The notes: a model not told the origin generated them from the letters alone. A stretch of DNA of 64,000 nt from Gnetum montanum (GCA_015680685.1 MNCI01001065.1:683728-747727), one strand, 5' to 3'. Shown: positions 1 through 14,445, numbered from the stretch's first letter. Made by a program: numbers and translations.

Positions 1-253
1 GTACGTCACACTCGAATAAAGGTGTTGTACAATTACAAGCATCACACTGCGGGCATGCATTGGGAAAATATTCTAACTCCTACAGAAACAAAATGCAAGG
101 GCTTCTCTACAACTACTAGAAAGGTGCCTAAGTGCGACGGGTGCATGCTTATTTATAGGCTAGAATAGACGTTGCATATACGGGGCCGCATATACGCAGC
201 AGGCTTACCATATAGGGCCTAGTATATAGGGCCTGGTTAACCACGATTTATCA
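1..253 (-). mobile_element. Terminal part of an Athila-like LTR in reverse orientation, nested into the pol of the next element
   Basis: Ends in ...GATTTATCA (TGATAAATC on the minus strand, the same start as the solo LTR at 10932). It shares motifs with the reverse LTRs at 12072-12880 and 41019-41877 (ctcgaataaag, tatttatagg). Pol sequence resumes at 254, matching the uninterrupted copy at ~5875. Confidence 0.8.
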
Positions 254-2190
254 CACACCAACCTAAAACTGTAAAAGACATCCGATCATTCCTTGGACAC
301 ACTGGCTATTATAGAAGATTCATTGAGAACTTTTCAAAGGTTGCAAAATCATTGGTTGAATTAACGAAAAAGGACATACCTTTTAAATGGACCAAAGAAT
401 GTGAGTTAGCTTTTCAAACTTTGAAACAGAAGCTTGTAGAAACACCTATTCTACAAGCTCCTGACTAGTCTAGACCATTCCACATAATGATTGATGCATT
501 CAACTATGCTTTAGGAGCTGTACTTACATAGTTAGATGACCAGAAATGACCCTACTACATTCACTGTGCAAGTCAAAGTATTGTTGGTGCACAACTCAAC
601 TACATCACAACAGAAAAAGAATTAATGGCTGTAGTGTTTTCACTAGAAAAATTTAGGCACTATGTATTGGGCTATAAGGTCTTTGTACACATGGATCATA
701 GTGCAATATTATTTCTAATGAATAAACCAATGGTGAGCCCTTGCATCATACGATGGCTTATGATCTTACAAGAGTTCAATTTTACAATGATTGATTGTAA
801 AGGCACCAGGAACGTTGTTGCTGATCATTTATCTCAATTAAGATGGGATAACAAAGAGGATGAATATCCACTTTCTGATTACTTTCCTAATGAATTCCTC
901 TTTGTAGGTGTAGTAAATAATTAATTAACCATGAAGAAAAATTGGTATAGTAGCATTCTTACCTATCTCCTTACACAAGAAACACCACAAGAGTTAGATG
1001 TTAAAAAGAAACAGTAGTTGCTACACCAAGCCAAGTATTTCATGGAAATCAATGGGCACCTTATAAGATATGTCTTGATGGCTTGGTTCAATGGTGTGTT
1101 CCCTATATAGATCAATTACAAGTTCGCCAAGATGCTCATGAGGATCCTTGTGGGGGTCATTATGCTGGGAGACGAAAAACCATTAAAATCTTACTTGTAG
1201 GATATTATTGGCCTACATTGTTCTAGGACACTCATCATTTTGTCTAATCTTGTAAGCACTCGCAACATGATCGGGGAATGATTTCTAGGATGGAGGGTCC
1301 ACAACAATGGATTCAACCTTTAGAACCCTTCAATGTATGGGAAATTAATTTTATGGGGCCTATTCCACCAGTTTCGAATGGAAAAGTTTGCATTGTTGTT
1401 GCTATTGAGTATTTCACAAAGTGCATAGAAGCAGCTGCTGTTATGGACTGTACATCATCTACCACTGCCCGATTTGTTCAACAGCAAATCATAAACAGGT
1501 TTGGTGTGCCTCGTGCACTTATTTTTAACAATGGTATTCACTTTACAGGTGTGACTTTCCAAAAATTGATGCAATGCTTGGGAGTCGAGCATAAACTGAC
1601 TACACTATATCATCCTCAAGCGAATAGTCAAGCCAAGGTCACCAATAGGGAGATTACCAAAATATTGACATGAACCACTAACAAATATAGGTGAGACTGG
1701 AGCACCAAACTGAACAATGCTCTTTGGGCATACCACTCCACATGGAAACTCCCTATAGGCTACTCTCCCTATGAGTTAGTGTATGGTAAACTTCCAATGC
1801 TTCCTATTCAAGCTAAGCTCTATACACTATCTACGGCATGTGATCTTAACCTTGACCTTAATCTAGTACAAAAAGAACAATTGATGAACCTTAACTTGCT
1901 AAATGAAAATTGATTAATTGCCCAGTCATTTAATGAATTGCACAAGGCCTTTAACAAACAACATCATGACCTAAGGATTAGGAAAGTTAAATATCAACTG
2001 GGAGATAAGGTTCTCTACTGGAATCCCACACATGTGCTACAACAAACTAAATTTCAAACATTGTGGGAAGGATCTTATATTATCCATGAAACCTTTCCTT
2101 CAGGGGCCATGATGATCTACAAACATGAGAGCTCAGATAAGAAATTGTTGGTCAACATCCAACCAAACCTTTCCATGAGCCTAGAATAGC
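254..2190 (+). pseudogene. Gypsy (Athila-like) pol fragment: RT C-terminus, RNase H, integrase (copy A)
   Basis: Motifs SFLGHTGYYRRFI, TEKELMAVVFSLEKFRHY, NVVADHLS, GGHYAG..GYYWP..C..S, INFMGP, YHPQANSQ and WEGSY; many stops and frameshifts. Confidence 0.92.
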
Positions 2191-4150
2191 TAGTACCAGT
2201 ACTACCTTTGTTAGTGGACAACCCTACTTGTTATTTTGGATCTCCTCCTTCCAACTCAGTTGTGGGGAAGATGGCCATCGATGCTAACCATTCTAAGCCC
2301 TTAGCTCTTTTTTTTATTTTTTACACATCTTTTCAATTTTACTTATTTTTGTTTTACACCATCGTTCACATTTTTACTATTTCTTTGTTTGATTTACTTT
2401 CATTCGTTATATAATAAGTGCTCATGATGGTGGATTGTACTATAATGGTGTTGATTACTAATGTTTGGTTTTTACCTTTGACTCTTGATGTTGACACTAA
2501 GATATGGTTCTTTTGATAAAATAGGCAACGAGTCCACATTGTCCATTCATCCATTCAACTCTGTTTTCTCCCTTGGCTTTGGAACTATACTATCCCTTTT
2601 TCTAAATAAACTTATTAATGAATTGGTGGCTAGGTATTTTTCAAACCAAGGAAGGACTCAATGGTTGAAAAGAGTGTTATTTCAAGGGGATTCGATGCAC
2701 TTGTGCTGGCTATTCTCTTAGATACTTGGATGCTTTTCATGGGTTTTCCACCATTCCACCATTGACCAAACATTAGGAAGTTGAATGAATCAAATAAGTC
2801 TTTGCATGGTGTGGTTCTCACGTAAAAAAAGTGGGTGAGATTTCAAAGCACACCCCTTAGACATAATAACAAAATATGGGCTACAAACACTGGTTATGGC
2901 ACTAGAAAGACATGTTACCCATGCCTGAAGGTTCCCTGTAACTAAGGCCCTTTCTCAGTTCCTACTTCTCTATCTTTCTCTCCTTGGAATGGTGGTAACT
3001 CTATGAATGCATTCTTGTTACTTTAAGAGGACAAGTTGGTCAAATGTGTTGATGCGAGGTCATTGCATGTGATTTATTTGAATCTAGATTTGGAATGAAT
3101 TCTATTCAGTCACCTTAACCATATAATACACATGGGACTTTACACAACCATGCTCTTGGGATTTCATTCCATTTTCTCCTCTCCTTCCATATTTCTTCCC
3201 ATATTCCACCTCATTGTTGATTTTATGATCAGTCTATATCTTGGTTAAGGCATTATTCATTTTTGGTAACTTCTTGTGGGTAAGTTCTTAACCATTGTTC
3301 CATACATCATTCTTAGAGCCTACGGAATCTTTGGTTTGTGGGTTTGTCAGGGCATAAAAGGCATGAGCCTGCTTTGGGGAGGACTCACTAGCATTCTTTT
3401 TTTGTTGTGCAATTATTAAGTTCTTTCCCTTAAAAATTCTTTGCAATCAACCATTTCTTATTTCATCCCTATCCATGACATCCATTTTATTGGCTTCACC
3501 ATATTCCTCTCATCCTTCTTATTCTTTCAATTTTTCAATCTTATTGCTACCATAGGTTCACTTTTAGTTTTGGGGGCCTTGTCACAAATTTTTCCATTCT
3601 ATTACCTATCTCACCCCTACACCTTGGGTAGTTATTAATTAAAAACCTCTAATCCAGTATCTACCATACCCACAACCCAGCCAAGATACTTCATATCAAG
3701 GCAAGGTATTGACTACATTGTATCTTAGTTATCCTTGCTAATTCATGACTATGTTGTGTGTGTAGATGGTGACCATACAAACAATGGACTGGGATAGGAG
3801 GAAGCACTTGGGATGGACTGGAGTGGGAGTAGTTATGTAAGGAACACACTTCATCACATGGCTATGGATAAACAATGGAGTGCACAGTTTTGACATCAGC
3901 AGCAATGTGCCTCATTTTCTTTTCTCTCTCTCTCTTTCTCTTCAACTTGTCAAATGAAGGTCTGGATTTCATCCATGTACAGTTTTTACCACCATGGATA
4001 TGAACACCAATGTTGTAATATGTTTGTCGATCCATTCACCAGGCACTTTGAGTTTGTCACCCATGTCACCATCAGTTGTCATTCAGTCAATAATCCCATA
4101 CCTTCCCAATATTTTGTAAGGAACTCAAGGATGAGTTTTCATTTAGTCAT

Positions 4151-4219
4151 GGGGGTATGATGAACTATGATATTGGGGCCACAACATCACATCTGCGATA
4201 TCAGAGCCTACCAAGCGAT
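4151..4219 (+). mobile_element. PPT plus truncated LTR (first ~62 bp only) of copy A
   Basis: GGGGGTA followed by TGATGAACTA at 4158, as at 9566-9582. LTR homology stops at AAGCGAT (~4219). Confidence 0.85.
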
Positions 4220-7200
4220 TGGATTAAAGTTGGCCATGTTGACTCATGGAAATTTTCTAATCTTGGAAGTCCTCTTATATATCTACAAATTGCTGGGAAT
4301 GAACAGTGCAAAGCTCTTTTGGATATAGGTTCTAGTGTTAACTTAATCTCTCAAGAAATGTATAAAGCCTAGAACTTGCCTCCACTAAAAAAGAGTAACA
4401 TACGTTTAGAGTTGGTCGACCAGTCCATCATTGTCCCATTAGGAGTAGTAGAGGACATTATCACCACTGTTTGTGGGTGGTAATATCCAGTCGAATTCCT
4501 AGTGATTCAAGTTAACAATAGAAAGGGGGACTTCCCAATCATAATGGAAAGAGCATGGTTAAGCACAATTGACGCATGCCTAGGAATACGTGATCTTTCC
4601 TTAGAAATATCAAAAGAAAACACATTTAGAAATAATGAGAAGAAGAAAGTTCCATGCATCATATACAGTGACATAGGGTGTAATTGTGTGCAGAAGTCTT
4701 GGTTTGTACAACATTTAGCATTGCCTAGATGCAACCAATGTGCATAAGTAATCAACATACAAGGATGCTTGTATCCAGCAGCCACAAGATAGGAAGGCAC
4801 CTAGTGGTTGACAAGTGACCAAGAGAGCAATTCAAGTATATGCATGAAACCAACTGAGAGTTTTACTTACACTTACATTGATAACATAGATACATTAGAG
4901 CAAGTCCATCATCAACTTTCAGATCTCGACATTGAAAGTATCAACTGGGGGAAGTTGGAAATCCTTGACAACTTTAAGCAAGAGCCCCTTGAGTTAAAAT
5001 TTTTGCCCATCGGTATGGAGTATACATTTCTCAAAAATGGAAAATCAATAATTATTAATGCTAAGCTCACTCCTCAACAAAAAGAGAGACTGCTAGAAAT
5101 AGTAAAAAAAATGGTCAAAAGCCTTTGCTTGGTCATATCAAGAATTAACTAGAATAGACCTTAGGATATGCCAGCATAGAATTTACATTGACCCCTCTAT
5201 GAAGCCTCGACAACAACCGTAGAGGCAACTGAACCTAAAGCTAAAGCGAGTGATTAAAGAAAAAATTGAATAACTTCTAAAAGTCAGGTTCATTTACCCC
5301 ATTGCTGATAGTGAATGGATTAGTCCCTTAGCCATTGTTCCCAAAAAGGGAGGTCAATGGAGGATGTGTACAGACTTTAGGCTACTGAATATGGCAACAT
5401 TCAAAGACCACTTTCCATTGCCCTTTGTCGACCAAGTCTTAGACAACATTACAGGGCATTGCTACTATAGTTTTTTGGATGGGTATAGTGGATACAACCA
5501 AATCCAAATAGCACTAGAAGACCAAGCCAAGACTACGTTTACAAGTCCTTGGGGGACATTTGCATAAAGACAGATGTCGTTTGGCTTGTGTAATGCCCCT
5601 GCAACATTTCAACATTTGGTTCTAAGTATCTTTCAACAACAAATAGGGAATGGTGTGGAGGTCTTCATGAATGATTTCTTCACCTATGGAGTGGACTTTG
5701 ATCAAGCATTGGACTAATTAGAGAAAGTACTAAAATGATGTATTGAAACCAATTTAAGGCTCAACTAGGAAAAAATCCATTTAATGGTCCAAGCAGGCAT
5801 AGTATTAGAACATAAGATTTCACTAATAGGGATAGAGGTAGACCCCGAAAAGATCAAAGTCATCTAAGGAATCACACACCAACCTGAAACTATAGAAGAC
5901 ATCTAATCATTTCTTGGATACAGTAGCTATTATAGAAGATTCATTGAGAACTTTTCAAAGGTTGCAAAACCATTGGTTGAATTAACAAAAAAGGGCATAC
6001 CTTTTGAATGGACCAGAAAATGTGAGTTAGCTTTTCAAACTTTGAAATAGAAGCTTGTAGAAACGCCTATTCTACAAGCTCCTAACTAGTTCAAACCATT
6101 CCACATAATGACTGACATGTCCACTATACTTTAGGAGCTGTACTTACATAGTTAGATGACCAGAAATGACCCTACTACATTCACTATGCAAGTCGAAGTA
6201 TTGTTGGTGCACAACTCAACTACACCACAACGGAAAAAGAATTAATGGTTGTTGTGTTTGCACTAGAGAAATTTAGGCACTATGTATTGGGCTATAAGGT
6301 CTTTGTACACACAGATCATAGTGCAATATGGTTCCTAATGAATAAACCAATGGTGACCCCTTGCATCATATGATGGCTCATGATCTTACAAGAGTTTGAT
6401 CTTATAATGATTGATTGTAAAGGCACCAAGAACATTGTTGCTGATCATTTATCTTGGTTAATATGGGACAAAAAAGAAGATGAATATCTGCTTTCTGATT
6501 GCTTTCCTAATGAATTCCTCTTTGTAGGTGTAGTAAATAATCAATTAACCATGGAGACAAATTGGTATAGTGGCATTCTTACCTATCTCCTTACAAAAGA
6601 AACACCACAAAAGTTAGACGTTAAAAAGAAATAGTAGTTGCTACACTGAGCCAAGTATTTCATGGAAATCAATGGGCACCTTTATAAGGTATGACCCGAT
6701 GGCTTGGTTCGATGGTGTGTTCTCAATATAGATCAATTACATATGGGGAATTTATTTTATAGGGCCTATTACACCAATGTCCAATGGAAAAGCCTACATT
6801 GTTGTTGCTGTTGACTATTTCACAAAGTGGACAGAAGCAGCTACTGTTATGGATTGTACATGATCTACCGTTGCACGATTTTTTCAATAGCAAATCATAA
6901 ACAAGTTTGGTGTGCCTCGTGCACTTATTTTTGAAAATGGTACACACTTTATAGTTGCAACTTTCTGAAAATTGATGCAACACTTGGGAGTCAACCATAA
7001 ACTGACTACATCATATCATCCTCAAGCGAACAGCTAAGCTGAAGTCACCAATATGGATATTACCAAAATATTGACACAAACCATTAGCAAATATAGGTGA
7101 GACTAGAGCACCAAACTGAACAATGCTCTTTGGGCATACTTCTCCACATGAAAACTCCCTATAGGCTACTCGCCCTATGAGTTAGTGTATGATAAACTTC

Positions 7201-7600
7201 AAATACTTCCTATTCAAGCTAAGCTCCGTACACTATCTACAGTGTGTGATCTCAACGTTGACCTTAATCTAGCACAAAAATAACAGTTGATGAACCTTAA
7301 CTTGCTAGATGAAAATCGAGTAGCTACCCTGTCATTTAACAAACTGCACAAGGCCTTTAACAAACAACGTCATGACCTAAGGATTAGGAAAGTTAAATAT
7401 CAACTGGGAGGTAAGGTTCTCGACTGAATCCCACACATGTGCCATAATGAACTAAATTTCAAATGCTGTGGGAAGGACCTTATATTATCCATGAAACCTT
7501 TCCTTCAAGGGCCATGATGATCTACAAACTTGATAGCCCAGATAAGAAATGTTTGGTCAACATCCAACAAACCAAACCTTTCCATGAGCCTAAAACAGCT
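4220..7600 (+). pseudogene. Gypsy (Athila-like) pol: protease-RT-RNase H-integrase (copy B); ~215-bp deletion removes the integrase zinc finger
   Basis: KALLDIGSSVNLI; DHFPLPFVDQVL, FLDGYSGYNQI, TTFTSPWGTFA, VFMNDF; TEKELM; WEGPY. At ~6741 the sequence jumps over the segment equivalent to 1121-1335 of copy A. Confidence 0.92.
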
Positions 7601-9572
7601 AGTACCAATACTACCTCTGTTGGTAGACAACCCTACTTGTTATTTCGAATCTCCTCCTTCCAACTCAGTTGTGGGGAAGATGGCCACCAATGTTAACCAT
7701 TCTAAGCCCTTAGCTCTTTTATTATTTTTTTTACACATCCTTTCAATTTTACTTATTCTTATTTTACACCATCGTTCATATTTTTACTATTTCTTTGTTT
7801 GACTTACTTTCATTCGTCATATAATAAGTGCTCATGATGGTGGATTGTACTATAATGGTGTTGATTGCTAATGTTTGGTCTTGACCCTTGACTTTTGATG
7901 TTGACACTAAGATATGGTTCTTTTGATAAAACATGTAATGAGTCCACAACATCCATTCATCCATTCAACTCTATGGTCTCCCTTGGCTTTGGAATTATAT
8001 TTTTGCTTTTTCTAAATAAACTTATTAATGAAATGGTGGCTAGGTATTCTTCAAACCAAAGAAGGACTCAATGGTTGAAAAGGATGTGACTTCAAGGGGA
8101 TTTGACACACTTGTGTTGGCTATTCTCTTGGGTACTTGGATGATTTTCATGGGTTTTCTGCCATTCTGCCATTGACCAAACATTAGGAAGTCAAATGAAT
8201 CAAATAAGTCTTTGCATGGTGTGTTTCTCACTTAAAAAAAAATAAACGGGTGAGAATTCAAAGCATACCCCTTAGACATAATAATGAAATATGGGCTACA
8301 AACACTGGTTATGGTACTAGAAAGACATGTTACCTATGCCTAAAGGTTCCCTCTAACTAAGACCCTTTCTTGCTTCCTACTTCTCTATCTTTCTCTCCTT
8401 GGAATGGTGGTGACTCTATGAATGCATTCTTTTTGCTTCAAGAGGATGGGTTACTCAAATGTGTTGATGTGAGGTCACTGAATGTGGTTTGTTTAAATCT
8501 AGATTTGGAATGAATTCTATTTAGTTACCTTAATCATATAATACACATAGGACTTTACACAACTGTGCTCTTGGGATTCCATTCCATTTTCTCCTCTCCT
8601 TCCATATTTCTTCCCATATTCCACCTCATTGCCACTTTTATGATCAGTCTATATCTTGGTTGAGGCATTGTTCATCTTTAGTAACTTCTTGTGGGTATGT
8701 TCTTAACCATTGTTCCATACTTCATTCCTAGAGCCTACGGACTCTTTGGTTTGTAGGTCTGTCAAGGAATAAAGGGCATGAGCCTACTTTGGGGAGGACC
8801 CACTAGCATTCTTTTTTCTGGTGCAATTTTTAAGTCCTTTCCCTTAAACATTCTTTGTAATCAACCATTTCTTGTTTCATCCCCATGCATGACATCCATT
8901 TTATTGGCTTCACCGTTGTTATTCCTCTCATCCTTCTTATTCTTTCAAGTTTTCCATCTTATTGCTACGGAGGTTTGCTTTTAATCGTGGGGGCCCTGTC
9001 ACAAATTTTTCCATTCTATTACCTATCTCACCCCTACACCTTGGGTAATTATCAATTAAAAAAATCTAACCTAGTATCTACCATACCCACAACCCTGCAA
9101 AGGTACTTCATATCGGGGCAAGGTATTGACTACATTGTATCTTATCTATCCTTGCGAATTCATGACTGTGTTGTGTGTGTAGATGGTGAACATACAAATA
9201 ATGGACTAGGATAGGAGGGAGCACTCAGGATGGACTGGAGCAGGAGCAGTTATCTAAGGAACACGCTTCATCACATGGCTATGGATAAACAACAGAGTGC
9301 ATAGTTTCGACATTGGCAGCAATGCGCCTCATTTTGTTTTCTCTCTCTCTTTCTCTCCAAGCTCTCAAATGAAGGTTTGGATGTCATCCATGTACAGTGT
9401 TCACCACCATGGATATGAACACCAATTTTGTAATATGTTTGTCGATCTATTTACCAGGCACTTTGAGTCTGTCACCCATGTCACCGTCAATTATCATTTA
9501 GTCAATAATCCCATACCTTCCCAATATTTTGTAAGGAACTCAAGGATGAGTTTTCATTTAGTCATGGGGGTA

Positions 9573-10418
9573 TGATGAACTACGATATCAAGGCTGCAAT
9601 ATCACATCCACAATATCAGGTCTACGATATCGAAGCCTGTTAAGCGATATCAGACATCTGATTTTGGAACCTGTCTCATCACCTATAAATGAGAGGTGGG
9701 TGCACTTGGTTTGGCAATAGGTTTAATTTAGTCTCTTAGTCCCTTACACAAACTCTTGCACTTTTTCCTTCTCAGAGTTAGAATTATTTCTGAGTGCTCG
9801 TAGTAGGAGTCATAAAGCGAACGGATGTTTATTCGAGTATTGTGTACCTAAGCACACCTTATGTTCAGAAATAAAGATAAACTTTGTGATAAACCTTGCA
9901 GCATTTAGAATAAATTATCTCTTACCCTTAATGTTATTTAATGCTTTCTATAGTTAATTAATGTTTTCTCTCTCACCTTGTTAATACTCCCATGTAAGCA
10001 TACTCAGTATGACCACTTCGAGCATGCGTGGGACACTTGGTAACCCAATAACAATTAGCGGTTGGTAATCCCAATAGTTCTACACTGGTTCAGGATGTGT
10101 ATGACAAGTGGGAACAGATGCTAGTGTTAGGACTAGTTAAAACCTAGTTGGTTAATTAAATTAAATTAGTTACTTAATTACTTCACTTCTCCCTTTGTAG
10201 CACTAGGACATAAAACATAAAAACCATAAAAATAATATGCCTCAAGTTTACTTAATCATACAACGATGTCATACAAGTAAGGTTGGGAAGACAATGATTA
10301 ACTAACTTGTTCTTGTTCTGTAAAGGTGCATAAGTACCTAGTCCTTGGAATTCGACCGGATCGTGCATGGATGCTCGTATTTGTATGATTGATTGTAGGG
10401 ATACCTCGCCACTCATCA
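9573..10418 (+). mobile_element. 3' LTR of Athila-like copy B (846 bp)
   Basis: TGATGA...TCATCA inverted termini, preceded by PPT GGGGGTA; TATAAAT at ~9684. Confidence 0.9.
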
Positions 10419-10931
10419 ATTTGTATATTTTATGATTAATTATTGATATCCAATTATTTTTGAAATTTTTTCTTTCTATTAGTGATCATCCCTTTACAAG
10501 GATTTCACTATGTATATTTTATTCTTTATGCACATTTACTTATGCATATTTATTCTCTATCATACACATGATTATATAATATTCTATTTATGGAGCATTT
10601 TAAACCCTAACTATCATGTCCTCATTCCCAAATGGAGCCATTCCATCACAAAGATGGTGTCATTTTGTAATAAATGGGTGCTAATTGAAGCAAGATAAGA
10701 GGGTGACTAGCCTTCTGTTTTAGTTGATTATTGGCCTAAAAGTGGTGGCAATGTTGGATTACCTCCAAAGGATAGATACTGAAGGAAGACAACTCCAAGG
10801 AACCCTCAAAGCATGACCTACATATATTATTTCTAGATTAGTAAAGATTCTTTTTTATTTTCTTCTACATTTTTCCTATTGCATTCATTACGCATAATGT
10901 CAAATGTTGCATATATTTGACATTTACCATG

Positions 10932-11827
10932 TGATAAATCTTTCTGTATCTTGACTATGACATCGTATCTACAATATCGTAGTTGTGCATATGTCATTGT
11001 TGATATAATAGTAGGTCCTCATCTCTACTATAAATACCAACCCACCTTCATGTCAAACAAACAACTTTGGTTCAACACTTAGGCAAATGCTTGTAGTTTG
11101 TTTATGTGATTTACACTTAGTAATATAGTGAATGCCTGCAGTGGTATGTTAAACAATTGTACGAAATCTTTGTTTGAGTGAATCATTCTTGGGCACAATT
11201 CATGGCCAGAAATAAAGATCAAGATTTTTTTCCATCATTATAGCATTTTACTAGTTTATTTTACTTTTAATTGGTTCATTTTTACTTAGCTTAATTACTA
11301 TCTTTTAGCATGTTTGCTTTTCTTAAGTTGTTTATAGTTCCTAAGTACTTTACTTTTCCATTATTCTTTAGTACAATAGTATAAGTACAACTAGTTTCAA
11401 ATGTATAGTGTAATCATTTGGTAATTCTAGTAGTGTTATTGCTTGGTTTGCCCAATAGCGTAACACTTGGTAACCCCAATGATGATTGCATAAGCCCAAG
11501 ATGTGAATAGTAAACTAAGAATAGATACTTATTACCTATAGGATAGACTAGTCTCTTTACTTTCATTACTCTTAGACTTAGATTTTATTGCTATGTTTTA
11601 ACCATGTTATTTTTAGTTTGAGTTGATAAGATCAACCTATCATATGCTTTACCAATAGTTAAACCATACAACTTGAACTTCACTAAATCAACATGAGAAG
11701 AGAATGATCACAAACTGAACATTAACTACTCGCATATTTACATTGTTCATCCATGGATTACAATGTGGTTACACATGAACACTTGTGACTTATATGGTAG
11801 GGTGTTGGAATACCCAATTGCTCATCA
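10932..11827 (+). mobile_element. Solo LTR of the Athila-like family
   Basis: TGATAA...TCATCA termini; perfect 5-bp TSD CCATG (10927-10931 and 11828-11832); TATAAATA; motifs shared with the 9573 LTR. Confidence 0.9.
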
Positions 11828-12071
11828 CCATGACATCTGGGAATAGGATGTCACAATTGGTTTTAGAGAAAACCACAACCTAAGAATTAATCAGAATCAA
11901 GAGCTATCTCAATCCAATGATGGACCATGAATCACAAACCATAGCTAGATGCGCATGAGGTCCGAGACAAATCATGCCAATCAAGAAAATGTATTTGAAA
12001 AGACTTCTATGAACACTTATGATCAAAATTCTATGAGATTTGACCATACATCCAAAAGAGAAATCAATTGC

Positions 12072-12880
12072 TGATGAGCAATGAGTAGACCCTATGCCCA
12101 ACCATACAAATCACTAAGCATTCACCCATGATCCAATTGAATTTCGTGGACTTATAGCCTTCTAAGTACATTGGTCTCTAAGAAGCAAAACTAACTATTA
12201 TAATCATTGTCTTCCCAATTACACTTGTGAAATGCAAAGGTATGGTTAAGTGCAACTAAGGCATATGATTTTTTTCATTTTTATGTATAAAATAAAATAA
12301 TTAAATTACAAATTAAATCTAACTAGCTACACCTAGCTAATCCTAACATAAGCATCTATTCTCACTTGCTGTAGACATCCTAAACACATTTAATGCTAGT
12401 GGATTACCAAATGTTAAACGTTACTGGGATTACCAAGCATCAAACATATGGTTGTACTTATGTGCTTAATTTATCACTATTTAATCTAGCTTAATTTAGC
12501 TTAATTACTTAAAGCATTAAAGGAAATTGCATAAAACATTAAATGCATAAATAAACAATTAATCTATTTCAAAGTGCTGCAAAATTATCAGAAAGTTCAT
12601 CTTTATTATCACACATACTACTGTGCTTAGGTATAACAATGCTCGAATAAAGATCTATACACTTTTTGACTCCTACTATGGGAACTTAGAAAAACATGCT
12701 AACTTTTAAGTAAGAAAACTACAAGAGCTCCACTACAACTATGACAAAAGATGTCATAAACATGGTGGATGAGTGCATATTTATAGGCAAAAATAGACAT
12801 TGCATTTCTGAGGCCACATCAACACATCAAATCCCACGTCAATGACACCTCATTGATGTAACCCTTAACGTGACTCATCA
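12072..12880 (-). mobile_element. 3' LTR of the minus-strand Athila-like element
   Basis: TGATGAG...CTCATCA termini, followed on + by TACCCCCAC (reverse PPT) and the conserved ACTAAATGAAAACTCATCCT block also seen (reversed) before 4158 and 9573. Confidence 0.88.
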
Positions 12881-13136
12881 TACCCCCACAACTAAATGAA
12901 AACTCATCCTCAAGTAAACAAAAGGAGGAACAAGTTTCTTACAAAATTTTTGGGAAGGTATGGGATTATTAACTAACTACTAACATTCACAAGTACAAAT
13001 ACAAATAAATACTAAGTACCCGAGTGTATGGATTTACAATCATTACAAAATTTTAGTGTTTAGGATAACAAAATTGAACACTAGAACAAAATTGACAAAT
13101 AAAATTCCTTTGATGGTGCAAAGACAAAGAAGAAGT

Positions 13137-14445
13137 TCAAACTGTCCCAGGCAATGGAGGATCCTAAAGCTCTAAAGGACCTTCTTTTGCTTTAGGCACA
13201 TGTGATGGTTAAGGTGGTTGTGGTTGTCCTATGGCAACTGCAACTTTCTGCAGAAGATGGAAGGCATCCAACAATGGCTTCATCTTCTCTTCCTTACTCT
13301 TGGGATCATTCATAGTTCATGTCGCATCGTAAAGGTGGGCTCGTGTGGGAACATCCCAAGGACAAGGCATTATTGGGAGCAGCTCCTTCACATTGATGAA
13401 CCATGCAACAAAAAGTTTTCATTCAACATTGAATGCTTTTACTGCATTCTGCAGCTCCTGGTAGTCACTCATTTTCCTGGCCAAGTTCTCAACTATAGAC
13501 CATTGGTCGATGAAGTGCTACCTGGGAACATCGAGTTCTACATTTACCACCTCAAGCTTTTGCTTGGTATCTAGGTGATGCTTGAGCTTAGCTTCATACA
13601 AGAAGTACGAATTGGTCACCTATTTCTCCAATTTAGACATAGTCGTTTGACAGTTAGCATCATAAAATTTTCATAATAGAGATTGGAAAGCTCCATGTAC
13701 TCCATTATCTCCTCGATCTGTAGCTCCTTCATGTGGATCTCCACCTTGTTGTAGTCATTGAGCCCATCAAAGATAGGCTGCCAAACATCACCTTCTTCCT
13801 TGAACTACTAGAGGGTCTCATTAGCTTTCATCTTCATCATCTGAATATGAAGGGTTTTCATTGATCTCTTTTTGTAGATCAACCTGATCTCTATAGTGAT
13901 TTTTGACTCTCTCAAATTTAATAGCCTCATTTTTCCAAGCGGCTATCTCTATTGTAGATTTTTGGTAAAGGGCCTAAATTTCCTCCATGGAGAGGTTTCA
14001 ATTTTTGTTTGCTAATCTCCTTAGTTTAATGTTTACTCTAGCTAGTTACTCTTGTTGTTAATGGATGAAATATTACATTTGTTTCTTCTACACATCAACA
14101 TTCTGCAGGTGGTGATTTTCTATGGTCAAAGTGACATTCTCCTGGTAAGTTTGATCCAAGGCCTTTTGGATATTATGCATGGTAACATCATCCAAGGACT
14201 GATAAAAGATCATCATCTCCTTCATGTCCTCAACCTTCTTGAGCTCTTCCTAAAGCTATTGAAAAGCGTCATCACAAGTTGGTGCAGGGCTAAGAAACAT
14301 AGGGTCAGCAAGGCAAGCTCTTAATTCAACAACCTCTACAATTAGGCATTGATTTTGAGCCTAGGCTATTTCAAGTTGGCCCTTCCATGATAATGCATTT
14401 ACCCCTTGTTTCCAATAGTTTTGATTGGATTGGAATGATTATATC
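13137..14445 (-). pseudogene. C-terminal (coiled-coil) part of the Athila-type env-like extra ORF
   Basis: Minus-strand frame reads NYWKQGVNALSWKGQLEIA...EELKKVEDMKEMMI and is E/K-rich, with stops explicable as CAG/CAA>TAG/TAA. It continues the 32801-31244 part across the Tat insertion. Confidence 0.6.
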
